DNA of 64,000 bases, from UHGV virus genome UHGV-0312576; one strand, written 5' to 3'. The notes beneath the pieces were generated by a model that saw only the letters and a program-made list of their open reading frames with translations, was not told where the DNA came from and did not search any database. The DNA is from a virus. Below, piece after piece: positions 17,634-26,169 of this stretch. The position numbers and the translations under genes are program-made. Position 1 is the stretch's first letter, and each line of letters starts with the position of its first letter.

Positions 17634-18635
17634 TTGGTAGAAAGCAAATATACAGCAACAGACTTAAAGATTATGCAGTCCTGGCTCCTGGAAAGAAAAA
17701 TTCAGGTGAGTCAAACCAGGATATTAGAAACATATAACAGATATAATAACATGTGTTACGTCTCCTTTAGCGGAGGCAAGGATAGTAGCGTATTGGCTGA
17801 TTTAACAGCCAGAGTATGTAAAGTACTAAACTGTAAATTAGTTCTATGGTTCTCAGATACAGGTCTTGAATTTCCAGAAGTAAAAAAACATGTCAAAGAG
17901 TTTCCAACCTATTTAAGAAACAGATATGGTATTGAAGTTGAACTGATAGTAGATTATCCGAGAGATAAATCTGGTAAGCGTATATCATTTAGAGATGTGG
18001 TGTTGACTGAAGGATATCCGGTTATCTCTAAAACTGTCAGCCGCCAGGTTCGCGATGTAAAGAAGCTTGGTAAAAATTGCTGGGCTTACGGATGTTTCAA
18101 TGGCAGAGAGAAAGGTATCTATAATATGCTGCAATGGAAGTATCTTATTGATGCTCCATTCAAGGTATCCAATAAGTGCTGCCAAATCATGAAGAAGAAT
18201 CCAGCTAAGAGGTTCAATAAGAGTAGTGGAAGAATACCTATTATTGGGACCATGGCCTGTGAGAGTAAGCAGCGAAAAACAGAGCGGCTACATAATGGCT
18301 GTAATGCTTTCGATAAAGGGGAACCTAGCAGCCAACCGATTAGCTTTTGGACAGAAAATGATGTTCTGGAATATCTATACCGTTTTGATGTACCATATCC
18401 ATCAGTTTATGGAGAAATATGTATTGATGAGGATGGCAAATATTATTGTACAGGATATAGTAGAACGGGATGTGTATTTTGCGCTTTTGGGTGTCATCTG
18501 GAAAAGGATATTAATCGATTCCAGAGATTATTAAAGACTCATCCGAGGCTTTGGCTTTATTGTATGAAACCTGTAATGTATGGTGGTCTGGGAATGGCTA
18601 AGGTGCTTAGGTATATAGGCGTAAAGTATTTTTGA
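17634..18635 (+). CDS. PAPS-reductase family protein (PP-loop ATPase; phage DndC/DUF3440-like)
   Basis: PP-loop VSFSGGKDSSVLADL; C-terminal Cys cluster; probable TTG start. Confidence 0.65.
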   Translation: MVESKYTATDLKIMQSWLLERKIQVSQTRILETYNRYNNMCYVSFSGGKDSSVLADLTARVCKVLNCKLVLWFSDTGLEFPEVKKHVKEFPTYLRNRYGIEVELIVDYPRDKSGKRISFRDVVLTEGYPVISKTVSRQVRDVKKLGKNCWAYGCFNGREKGIYNMLQWKYLIDAPFKVSNKCCQIMKKNPAKRFNKSSGRIPIIGTMACESKQRKTERLHNGCNAFDKGEPSSQPISFWTENDVLEYLYRFDVPYPSVYGEICIDEDGKYYCTGYSRTGCVFCAFGCHLEKDINRFQRLLKTHPRLWLYCMKPVMYGGLGMAKVLRYIGVKYF

Positions 18636-18637
18636 AT

Positions 18638-19060
18638 TTATGAGGAACCTGGAATAAGTTTAATTAGAGTCTCCACATCGGCATTACTACTTTTATTGAG
18701 GAGTGTCACTGATTGTATTTTGGTTATTATTTCGGGGTAACTTGCAACGATGTCACCCATAAAGTTCACCCTAATTGTATCGCCAGTTTTTATGTCGCTC
18801 AAAGCAATTGTCTCTGAATCGGCGTTTTGTATTATGACATCATTGAGATGCATTTTAATTATTCGTATTTCATTTTCGCTATCAACTAAAATGTAATATT
18901 TATCTCTTGATTGCTGACCATTTACAATAACATATGTGCCTGTAAACTCAGCAGGATGATTGCCATATTCAAACTCTTTATTCTGGCATGAAAATGAGGT
19001 TGTGTTTATTGCAATCAGTAGTATAATTCCGAAGCCGATGATATACAGATATCTCCTCAT
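18638..19060 (-). CDS. secreted or lipoprotein-like protein on the opposite strand (moron)
   Basis: Signal peptide MRRYLYIIGFGIILLIAINTTSFSCQ. Convergent with the 17634-18635 gene. Confidence 0.5.
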   Translation of the reverse strand: MRRYLYIIGFGIILLIAINTTSFSCQNKEFEYGNHPAEFTGTYVIVNGQQSRDKYYILVDSENEIRIIKMHLNDVIIQNADSETIALSDIKTGDTIRVNFMGDIVASYPEIITKIQSVTLLNKSSNADVETLIKLIPGSS

Positions 19061-19246
19061 TCCAGTCTCCTTTCTATTTTACATTAAAAATACTACAATC
19101 AAAATAAAAAGTCAATCTGAATGCTGAATAGCATTCTAACGGTTTTGGTAACGGGGATGTTGGAGGTCCATTTAGAAGAGGTTTTGAGTTTGAATTGCAA
19201 GTGCTAAAGGTCGAGACAAATCATTCATGTGAGATGAGGTGATGGT

Positions 19247-19495
19247 ATGACAAATGTAGAGAAAATTGATTATATGATTCAGTCATTGCAGATAGCAAAA
19301 GAAGAGATATCATATGCTCAGAGGTGGGCAGAGAAGTATAAGATAGACACAGAGCATTGTTGGACGGAGCGGATTCCTAATGGAACAATAATTCGTGAGT
19401 CACTAAAGATGGTCGGTCGCATGGCAAATATCGTAGCGAATAATGTTGTTTTAAGTCCGTATTCCAAGGATGTGTTTAAACATGATGAATCATGA
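19247..19495 (+). CDS. hypothetical protein
   Basis: 82-aa ORF. Confidence 0.4.
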   Translation: MTNVEKIDYMIQSLQIAKEEISYAQRWAEKYKIDTEHCWTERIPNGTIIRESLKMVGRMANIVANNVVLSPYSKDVFKHDES

Positions 19496-19530
19496 ATTTC
19501 CTCTGTTAAATAAGGTAGGTATGAAAGTAT

Positions 19531-19800
19531 ATGACTATAAAGAAAATCCCATGTACATATGGAGAATATGAGTTTTATGAAACCATAAATAATACAGAAG
19601 TTAGAATTGCCTCATTAACAGGACAACTTGTGGGGCATTCAAAAATGTTCCTTACTATGTATTTTCCAGCAAGAGAATGTTCAGAAGTGATTCTTGATTT
19701 AAAGTATCATGCTTATGAAGAAGTGTTAGAAAAAGCAATGAGAATCATAAGGAAGAAGATGTATGTTGCAGCACAAGAAATATTAAATGGAATACGATAA
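19531..19800 (+). CDS. hypothetical protein
   Basis: 89-aa ORF. Confidence 0.4.
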   Translation: MTIKKIPCTYGEYEFYETINNTEVRIASLTGQLVGHSKMFLTMYFPARECSEVILDLKYHAYEEVLEKAMRIIRKKMYVAAQEILNGIR

Positions 19801-19839
19801 AATGCGACTTTCGAGCAAGGATAAAGGAGGAAAATTTAT

Positions 19840-20004
19840 ATGACAAGAATAACAGATAGAAACACCAATGGTTCCATAGATATTCTGGATGATTGGGGAA
19901 GATGTAGGTATACAATTCAAGGCAATGAGACTGGTTTGATTGCAGATATTGGTAGGAAACTTGCTGAATATGAAGATGATGCGGAAGTAATTGAGAATGA
20001 GTAA
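19840..20004 (+). CDS. hypothetical small protein (54 aa)
   Basis: ATG after an AAGGAGG RBS; below the ORF-track cutoff. Confidence 0.35.
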   Translation: MTRITDRNTNGSIDILDDWGRCRYTIQGNETGLIADIGRKLAEYEDDAEVIENE

Positions 20005-20209
20005 TATGACAGATTTAGAACGGTTTGAAGATGCTTTGGTAACAGTTGGTATTGAGTATAATAAGAGGATTTTCCAACCTAAAAATTTTCCCAAAGTGAT
20101 CGAACTTGATATAAATGAGAAATATATTTATATGTCATATAGTAATTCAGTAAGTATTAGATTTGATGAAGATGGGAAATTTACCTGTTTTGAAGCTTTT
20201 GGAGAATAA
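19997..20209 (+). CDS. hypothetical protein
   Basis: ATG overlapping the stop of the upstream ORF. Confidence 0.4.
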   Translation: MSNMTDLERFEDALVTVGIEYNKRIFQPKNFPKVIELDINEKYIYMSYSNSVSIRFDEDGKFTCFEAFGE

Positions 20210-20251
20210 GCAGTAAATGTAGGTTTCATGACGTGAAAAGGAGAGAAAAGA

Positions 20252-20683
20252 ATGAGACACAGAATTGGTGGATTAGAGAATGTATATATGGGATTAGGTG
20301 CAGATAATATTCCATATGAATTAGACAATACGTGGAGTGGACATAAGGAATTAGATACTGTGGCAGATAAAATGTTAGATGATGCGGTAGAAACACTATT
20401 TGCAGAAATCGGCGGCTTTGATTATAAGGTTACTTGCAACAATAATTCATTTAAGATTTTATTCGGAAGAGAACCAGCGTATAAGCACGACCCGTATCAG
20501 ATGTGTACAATAACCACTTTATATAATGAGTGCAATATTAAACGTGGAACAGCTAGAGGCTATTATGGTGAAGACGTTGAGATTGAATATGACAAAAATA
20601 TTTCAGATGCAGATTGTGATAAAGCATTTGTAGAATTTGTTAACAAGTGGCATCCACAACTGCTAGAGGCTATGAAGTGTTGA
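20252..20683 (+). CDS. hypothetical protein
   Basis: 143-aa ORF, RBS AAAGGAGAG. Confidence 0.45.
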   Translation: MRHRIGGLENVYMGLGADNIPYELDNTWSGHKELDTVADKMLDDAVETLFAEIGGFDYKVTCNNNSFKILFGREPAYKHDPYQMCTITTLYNECNIKRGTARGYYGEDVEIEYDKNISDADCDKAFVEFVNKWHPQLLEAMKC

Positions 20684-20700
20684 TTTCGAGAGGAGATGTT

Positions 20701-20973
20701 ATGGGAAGATTAATTGATTCAGATAAAGTGTCTACAAAGATATATTTGACTGGATGTCGTACTAATCAGATTGAAGAAGCGATTGACAATACAGAAACTG
20801 CATTTGATATGGATATGGTTCTGGAGCAGCTTGAAGACTATGGAAAGTTTAAGGGAGTACTTCGCTGCGAAGGTGAGAGCTTTGAAAACTACATACCAGT
20901 ATCAGTGGCAAAGCTGATTGTGAAGGGGCGTGGCCTGGGTGGAGTCCTGGGATATGTGGAAGAAAACTTATGA
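20701..20973 (+). CDS. hypothetical protein
   Basis: ATG 20701 after GAGAGGAGATGTT. Confidence 0.4.
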   Translation: MGRLIDSDKVSTKIYLTGCRTNQIEEAIDNTETAFDMDMVLEQLEDYGKFKGVLRCEGESFENYIPVSVAKLIVKGRGLGGVLGYVEENL

Positions 20974-21403
20974 GAAGAAGATTTATATAGAAATACCTTT
21001 GAAAAAGGTATCTAGTAATTCCCTGCTAAATACCTTTCACCTGAGTTTCTTCCATTACCTTGTCAATTTTTCTTCCGTGATTCAACGGTCACTTGGGAAC
21101 TGGACTTCGTCTCTTATTCGCTATATCCAGGGTAATATAGAGTTTTTAGACAAAACTTCGCAATTTATGGTATCAGGAACCTTAACAATAGATGTCCCAG
21201 CTACGAAGTTCGTGAAGTAATGGTGCAGGGCAAATTCAAAACTGCCTTCAAACTAGTGCCCTCCAGCTCATTAGATTTGCCCTAGAAGGAGCAAGATAAT
21301 TATACATAATTTTGAACAATATAATAACAATAAATTAGAGAAATTTTATGAAGTAAAAGCAACAGAATGAATTCTAGTTTTCATGTGAATTGCATAGAGG
21401 GGA

Positions 21404-21655
21404 GTGTTTAGATTGGATTTAGTGAAAGTTGATATTGACGAACTTAGGTATCGTATAAATAAATTTGAACAGTGCACAAATAAAGAAGCCTATCTTATTA
21501 TGAGCGGCAATACAATGAGTTGCTTGGAGAGTATATATCCATTTACTATATGGCATTCAGTAGAATATTCCAAAACAGGAATTGTCGCAGAATTTGACCA
21601 TAGAAAGATATTTATCGATAAAGATATTGCTTTTGGAAAAGTCGAAATACGATGA
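21404..21655 (+). CDS. small protein, paralog A of a pair (second copy at 24079-24339)
   Basis: Shares KVDI...AYL(I/F)MS.NTM...RK(I/V)F...FG(K/E)(V/I)EIR with paralog B. Start is GTG 21404 or TTG 21413. Confidence 0.45.
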   Translation: MFRLDLVKVDIDELRYRINKFEQCTNKEAYLIMSGNTMSCLESIYPFTIWHSVEYSKTGIVAEFDHRKIFIDKDIAFGKVEIR

Positions 21656-22269
21656 AGCACGTCTTTCATATTATTACAGGGGGGGGGGATGAAAAAATAA
21701 AACAAATAATAAAACTGATGAAAATATTAATATCTAAATATGAATTAAAACACCCAGAAAATGAATCACCAGTCTATATTTGTGAAAATATTAATACTCG
21801 AAACAGATATAAAAATGAAAGATATAAGATTCCAGAAGATCAACCTCAGTGTCCCGTTTATAAAGACAATCGTTGCTGTGGTGGGTGTAAGTTAGCTCCT
21901 GAATGTGAACATTGTGTTGATTGTGGTTGCTATGGTTTTACAAAAGTTCACATGGGAGGAACAGATAAGAATTACTATTTGCACAAGGCATCTAATAATT
22001 ATGGTATAGGACGAATAGGCAAAGACGGAAAATTTGATTGGAACTACTACTATTTTAATAAAAAGCGGAAAGAGCTTAAGGTTGGTAAATATATTTTACA
22101 GAACAATAAAATATATGAAATTAAGTCATCTCCAAGTCGCAACGGTAAGTTCACAGCCCTAGAAATTGGTACAGATAATTATGTGAGACTTAACATAAAT
22201 GAAATGGAAAATTATATGTCTACATACGATAGCAAAGAGCAACTTATGTTATACAATAAAATGACATGA
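21652..22269 (+). CDS. Cys-rich hypothetical protein with a G10 homopolymer in codons 10-12
   Basis: CPVYKDNRCCGGCKLAPECEHCVDCGCYGF; poly-G at 21679-21688 encodes GGG. Confidence 0.45.
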   Translation: MKHVFHIITGGGDEKIKQIIKLMKILISKYELKHPENESPVYICENINTRNRYKNERYKIPEDQPQCPVYKDNRCCGGCKLAPECEHCVDCGCYGFTKVHMGGTDKNYYLHKASNNYGIGRIGKDGKFDWNYYYFNKKRKELKVGKYILQNNKIYEIKSSPSRNGKFTALEIGTDNYVRLNINEMENYMSTYDSKEQLMLYNKMT

Positions 22270-22281
22270 AAAATCGGTTTC

Positions 22282-22683
22282 GTGTGGAAAGGAGAGAATC
22301 AGTTGCAGTTAGATAAAATAACAGAGGATAAGATTAGAGAACAATTTCGTTCATATGAATTTCAAAATTTTATGTTTGAAATGCTTGTTGGCAACTCAAG
22401 GGACGAAAATGGAGAATTATTTAAACATGTGTATAATTGCGAATTAGAGGAGACAGAAAACGAATTAATATATTTAATTGAATCGCATGTCAATCACAAT
22501 ATTTTACTAAATAGAAATACAATTATCTCGTTTATATTGAGACATGTTGTGACTGAGCTATTTAACAGTGATTTGAATTGTAATCATATTAAATTCTTTG
22601 CTTTATGTAATCAGCTTTATTATATGGTGTTTAAAGAAATACAAAAGTACTATAAACCTTTCATGCTTAAGGAGAATATATAA
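22282..22683 (+). CDS. hypothetical protein
   Basis: 133-aa ORF; a TTG at 22303 after AAGGAGAG is a likelier start. Confidence 0.4.
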   Translation: MWKGENQLQLDKITEDKIREQFRSYEFQNFMFEMLVGNSRDENGELFKHVYNCELEETENELIYLIESHVNHNILLNRNTIISFILRHVVTELFNSDLNCNHIKFFALCNQLYYMVFKEIQKYYKPFMLKENI

Positions 22684-23463
22684 ATGGCAATTATAGGAGC
22701 AATTTTAGGTGACATAGCTGGTTCCAGATGGGAGTTTCGTAGACCGAAAGGTTTAGACTGGGAACACATTGATTTATTTACAGATGATTGTTTCCTCACG
22801 GACGATACGGTTTTGACCGTAGCAACAAAATATGCTTTGCAGAATAATGTTTCATTCAAAGAAGCGTACCACAAGTTTGGAAATAAATATCCAAATTGCA
22901 GTTACGGCTGTGGCTTCGAGTCCTGGTTGGGGTCTAAGTGGAGCAAGCCGTACAATAGTTTTGGTAATGGTGCTGCTATGAGAGTATCACCTGTTGTAGA
23001 CTTATGTGAGTCACGATTAGAGGTAAGTTACGTTTCTAAAGAAAGTGCATTATGTACTCATAATCATCCAGAGGGAATTAAAGGAGCCAAGGTTACGGCA
23101 ACGTGTGCCTGGATGGCAAAGAGAGGCGCATCGAAGAAAGAAATTGAAGAATATGCCTGTAGAAAATATCCGTCTGATGAGTATATGTTTCCGGTGTCGA
23201 TGTCTTTAAAAGAATTAAGAGAAAAATATAGATGGAACGAAACTTGCCAAGGAAGTGTGCCAGTAGCAATCAGATGTTTTCTGGATAGTGAGGATTATGA
23301 GAGCTTCATCAGAAATGTGTTGAGTCTGCCATGTGATACCGATACATTGTGTGCTATTGGTGGAGGTATTGCTGAAGAATTTTATCATGGGACAGGCTTT
23401 AATGCGGACAAGTTGATGAGAGAATACTTGGATGAATATTTATATGAAATTGTGAAAGCGTAA
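22684..23463 (+). CDS. ADP-ribosylglycohydrolase (ARH/DraG family)
   Basis: Full signature set: MAIIGAILGDIAGS, FTDDT, GNGAAMR, HNHPEG, CDTDTLCAIGGGIAEEF. Confidence 0.8.
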   Translation: MAIIGAILGDIAGSRWEFRRPKGLDWEHIDLFTDDCFLTDDTVLTVATKYALQNNVSFKEAYHKFGNKYPNCSYGCGFESWLGSKWSKPYNSFGNGAAMRVSPVVDLCESRLEVSYVSKESALCTHNHPEGIKGAKVTATCAWMAKRGASKKEIEEYACRKYPSDEYMFPVSMSLKELREKYRWNETCQGSVPVAIRCFLDSEDYESFIRNVLSLPCDTDTLCAIGGGIAEEFYHGTGFNADKLMREYLDEYLYEIVKA

Positions 23464-23479
23464 AGGAGAATAAGAAACT

Positions 23480-23755
23480 ATGAAGAAGAAAATATTAAAT
23501 CTTTTATTAATGGGAATGATGCTGATGACCTTACTTACAGGTTGTCAAAGTGTAGCAAAGTCTATGGGCGGTTCCATGACACTGAAATTGGAATCAAATC
23601 AAAAGTTAGAGGAGATTACATGGAAAGATGATTCTCTTTGGTATTTGACCAGGCCGATGACGGAGAATGATATTGCAGAGACTCATACATTTCAACAATC
23701 TACTGATTTTGGGGTGTTTGAGGGTACAGTTACCATTGTAGAGACAAAGGAGTAA
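23480..23755 (+). CDS. lipoprotein
   Basis: MKKKILNLLLMGMMLMTLLTGC signal peptide with lipobox. Confidence 0.6.
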   Translation: MKKKILNLLLMGMMLMTLLTGCQSVAKSMGGSMTLKLESNQKLEEITWKDDSLWYLTRPMTENDIAETHTFQQSTDFGVFEGTVTIVETKE

Positions 23756-23770
23756 GAAGGGAATACATAT

Positions 23771-24070
23771 ACGAAGAAGTTATTTATCAGTCAGCCAATG
23801 AACGGCAAAACAGACGAATAAATTTTATCAGAAAGAGAAATTGCTATTACAAAAGCAAAGGAATTTGTTGGTGAAGAAGTAGAAATAATTGATACATTTT
23901 ATACGAATTTTTCTTCAGACGCAAAACCCCTTGAATATCTGGCTAGAAGTATTGCTGATTTAGCAAAAGCGGATGTAGCATATTTTGCAAAAGGTTGGGA
24001 TGAGAAGCGTGGCTGCAAGATTGAATATGAGTGTGCTACTCAATATGGAATTGCTACTATTACGGATTAG
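23771..24070 (+). pseudogene. disrupted DUF4406-like (nucleoside 2-deoxyribosyltransferase-fold) gene
   Basis: One frame gives KKLFISQPMNGKTDE then TAA. The +1 frame continues ILSEREIAITKAKEFVGEEVEII...YFAKGWDEKRGCKIEYECATQYGIATI, which carries the family C-terminal GW(E/D).(S/K)RG..(I)E(H/Y)E motif. No start codon lies between the upstream stop and the first residue. Confidence 0.5.
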
Positions 24071-24078
24071 GAGAAAAT

Positions 24079-24339
24079 ATGAAAGTTGATATTTCAAAGA
24101 AAATTATTACTTTAGATAATCAAAAACTATCTGATGAAATTGAGAAATATGAGTGTATTAGCAATCAGACAGCGTACTTATTTATGAGTCAGAACACAAT
24201 GAAAGCGTTGACTGATTTAATAGCAACGAGAATTCCATTTATGGAAATTAATACAGATGATTGTATTCTTGCTAAATATAAGGAAAGAAAAGTATTTCAG
24301 AACGATGAGCTGGAATTTGGTGAAATAGAAATCCGATAA
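24079..24339 (+). CDS. small protein, paralog B (first copy at 21404-21655)
   Basis: MKVDISKK...AYLFMSQNTM...RKVF...FGEIEIR; ATG after GGAGAAAAT. Confidence 0.45.
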   Translation: MKVDISKKIITLDNQKLSDEIEKYECISNQTAYLFMSQNTMKALTDLIATRIPFMEINTDDCILAKYKERKVFQNDELEFGEIEIR

Positions 24340-24442
24340 AACTTCGATTTCCTGTGAAAAATTGGAGAATAAAATAATGTAACAAGGTAGTAATACCTAA
24401 AATATAAAATTCAAAATCAAAGATTAAAAGGAGAAAATAACT

Positions 24443-25084
24443 ATGACGACAGAAAAAATGACGGTACATAAAGCCCTGGCAGAACTGAAAATTATTGATG
24501 ACAGAATTATTTCTGCAATTAACGGAGGAACATACTGTGTAGCAAATAAGCACTCTAACGAAAAAATTAAAGGTGTTTCAGTTGACGAATACAAAGGTGT
24601 AATACAAGGCTACTACGACAAAGCAACAGATTTAATTAGGCGTAGAAACGCAATTAAGAGAGCGGTTGTTTTATCAAATTCTACAACAAAAGTTTCTATA
24701 AATGGAGAAGAATACACAAGAGCCGAAGCTATTGAAATGAAGAATCACGGTGTAGAGTTTGATGAGAGAATGCTTGAAATGCTTAATAAACAGTATAACA
24801 AGGCACAGGCAGAAATTCTCAAACAAAACGGCGATGACCTTGAAAAGCGGGCAGAGCAGTACGTTATTGGAATTTATGGTTCTAAAGAAGGAAAAACCAA
24901 CACAGATGATTTTGAGAAAACCAAAAAGGATTTTATGACGGCTAATGCCTTTGAACTGGTAGATCCGATTAAAATTCTGGACAAAATTAATGCCCTCGAA
25001 GATAAAATTGCCTCTTTCAAGGCTGAGGTTGACGCAGCATTGTCGGTCAGTAATGCAATTACTGAAATAGAGATTAGCTATTAG
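24443..25084 (+). CDS. hypothetical protein
   Basis: 213-aa ORF, RBS AAAGGAGAAAATAACT. Confidence 0.5.
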   Translation: MTTEKMTVHKALAELKIIDDRIISAINGGTYCVANKHSNEKIKGVSVDEYKGVIQGYYDKATDLIRRRNAIKRAVVLSNSTTKVSINGEEYTRAEAIEMKNHGVEFDERMLEMLNKQYNKAQAEILKQNGDDLEKRAEQYVIGIYGSKEGKTNTDDFEKTKKDFMTANAFELVDPIKILDKINALEDKIASFKAEVDAALSVSNAITEIEISY

Positions 25085-25329
25085 CGAATAGTTAATTAAG
25101 ATTATTCACTGTTTACTGAAAACTTAAAACTACAACTCATTAGACTTTTGCAGATATAGTCTCATGTAAAGCGAAAAAGAAATCTGTAAATATAATGCAA
25201 ATATTATCAAATGAAATTAAAATCTATGATAAATATTTGTATAATTTCACAAGTAAAACAGTACATATAACTTGGCATAAAATGGTGCGACCATTAGCTA
25301 AGTACATGTAAGTATTATGAAATTATACT

Positions 25330-25480
25330 ACTATACTATAAATTATTGCTTCCAGATGCGAGAAGCGTGTACTGTAAAGCTTAAAGTTATAAGGCTCAAA
25401 AAGTAAAGCTGAAAATTCAAAGTTTAAATCATGAGTCAAAGTTGAAATAGTAAATAGTAAAGATATAAAGTTTTATCAAA
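25330..25480. repeat. AAAG(Y)T-rich iteron-like repeats in an ORF-free region upstream of the tRNA cluster
   Basis: At least eight (G/C/T)(T)AAAG(C/T)T units within ~110 bp, inside a ~480-bp stretch with no ORF. Confidence 0.4.
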
Positions 25481-25563
25481 TCCTTGATATACAGTTTAGC
25501 ATAGTTGTACTTGGCTATAAGCATCTGCAAGGCTGGTAAATAGTGAGTAATCTATAAAAATAA

Positions 25564-25637
25564 TGGGCATTCGCCAAGCGGTTAAGGCACAGGACTTTGA
25601 CTCCTGCATTACGTTGGTTCGAATCCAACATGCCCAG
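25564..25637 (+). tRNA. tRNA-Gln (anticodon UUG), second copy
   Basis: Acceptor UGGGCAU/AUGCCCA (U1-A72), D stem GCC/GGC, anticodon stem CAGGA/UCCUG with loop CUUUGAC, T arm GUUGG-UUCGAAU-CCAAC, discriminator G. Confidence 0.7.
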
Positions 25638-25709
25638 TTCTCACCATAGTTAGTCCCATTAGCTAACACAGCTAAACCGCCAGGGACGGCGGTGGCTATG
25701 GTGATACCA

Positions 25710-25783
25710 GGATCATTAGCTCAGTTGGTCAGAGCATCCGGCTCATAACCGGACGGTCATCTGTTCGAGTCAGATATGATCCA
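25710..25783 (+). tRNA. tRNA-Met (anticodon CAU; elongator or possibly Ile2)
   Basis: Acceptor GGAUCAU/AUGAUCC fully paired, U8, D stem GCUC/GAGC, anticodon stem UCCGG/CCGGA with loop CUCAUAA, T arm AUCUG-UUCGAGU-CAGAU, discriminator A. Confidence 0.7.
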
Positions 25784-25787
25784 TAAG

Positions 25788-25858
25788 GCCGGTTCGACTC
25801 CGGCTCAATAGCAGAGGGCATGGTGCGACGGGGTGATGGTTCGACTCCATCTGATTTG
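25788..25858 (+). other. two orphan tRNA 3'-half-like hairpins (T-arm plus acceptor-like tail), not part of complete tRNAs
   Basis: GCCGG-TTCGACT-CCGGC (25788-25804) and GATGG-TTCGACT-CCATC (25835-25851). No matching 5' acceptor, D or anticodon arms upstream. Confidence 0.4.
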
Positions 25859-26169
25859 TCTTTCAGAAGTGACGTGTCTGGGAGTAACCTGGGTAGGACA
25901 AGACTCATCCGCATGGTAAGGTGGATGTAAAACTGTCAAAGATTCCAGTTCAAAAGAGAATAAAATGAGGGAGGTATTATGTTTATATAAGGAGTTTATA
26001 ATGTTTATACAGCCGACGATGAAGATCCAAAATGTATAAGATGTGACAACGTTAATAATGATACTATTTGTATCACTCGCTGTGGTGAAAAACATGGATG
26101 GAATGGATATGAGAGAAGAGAATCAATAATGCAGAAGAATAAAAGATAAATGTTTGCTTTCCTAGGGAG

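Noticed and set aside
20930-21220. 96-aa ORF in the 20975-21400 intergenic-like region
   Set aside because: Atypical amino-acid composition, no RBS, and it overlaps hairpin and repeat elements; probably non-coding.
25100-25560. Small peptide gene in the AAAG-repeat region
   Set aside because: The only ATGs give ORFs of a few codons (for example ATGAGTCAAAGTTGA); the repeats look like DNA-level iterons rather than coding sequence.
25788-25858. tmRNA (ssrA) 3' domain suggested by GGTTCGACTCC motifs
   Set aside because: No GGGG-initiated 5' acceptor half, no tag-peptide reading frame or pseudoknot region nearby; too short. Reported instead as orphan tRNA 3'-half hairpins.
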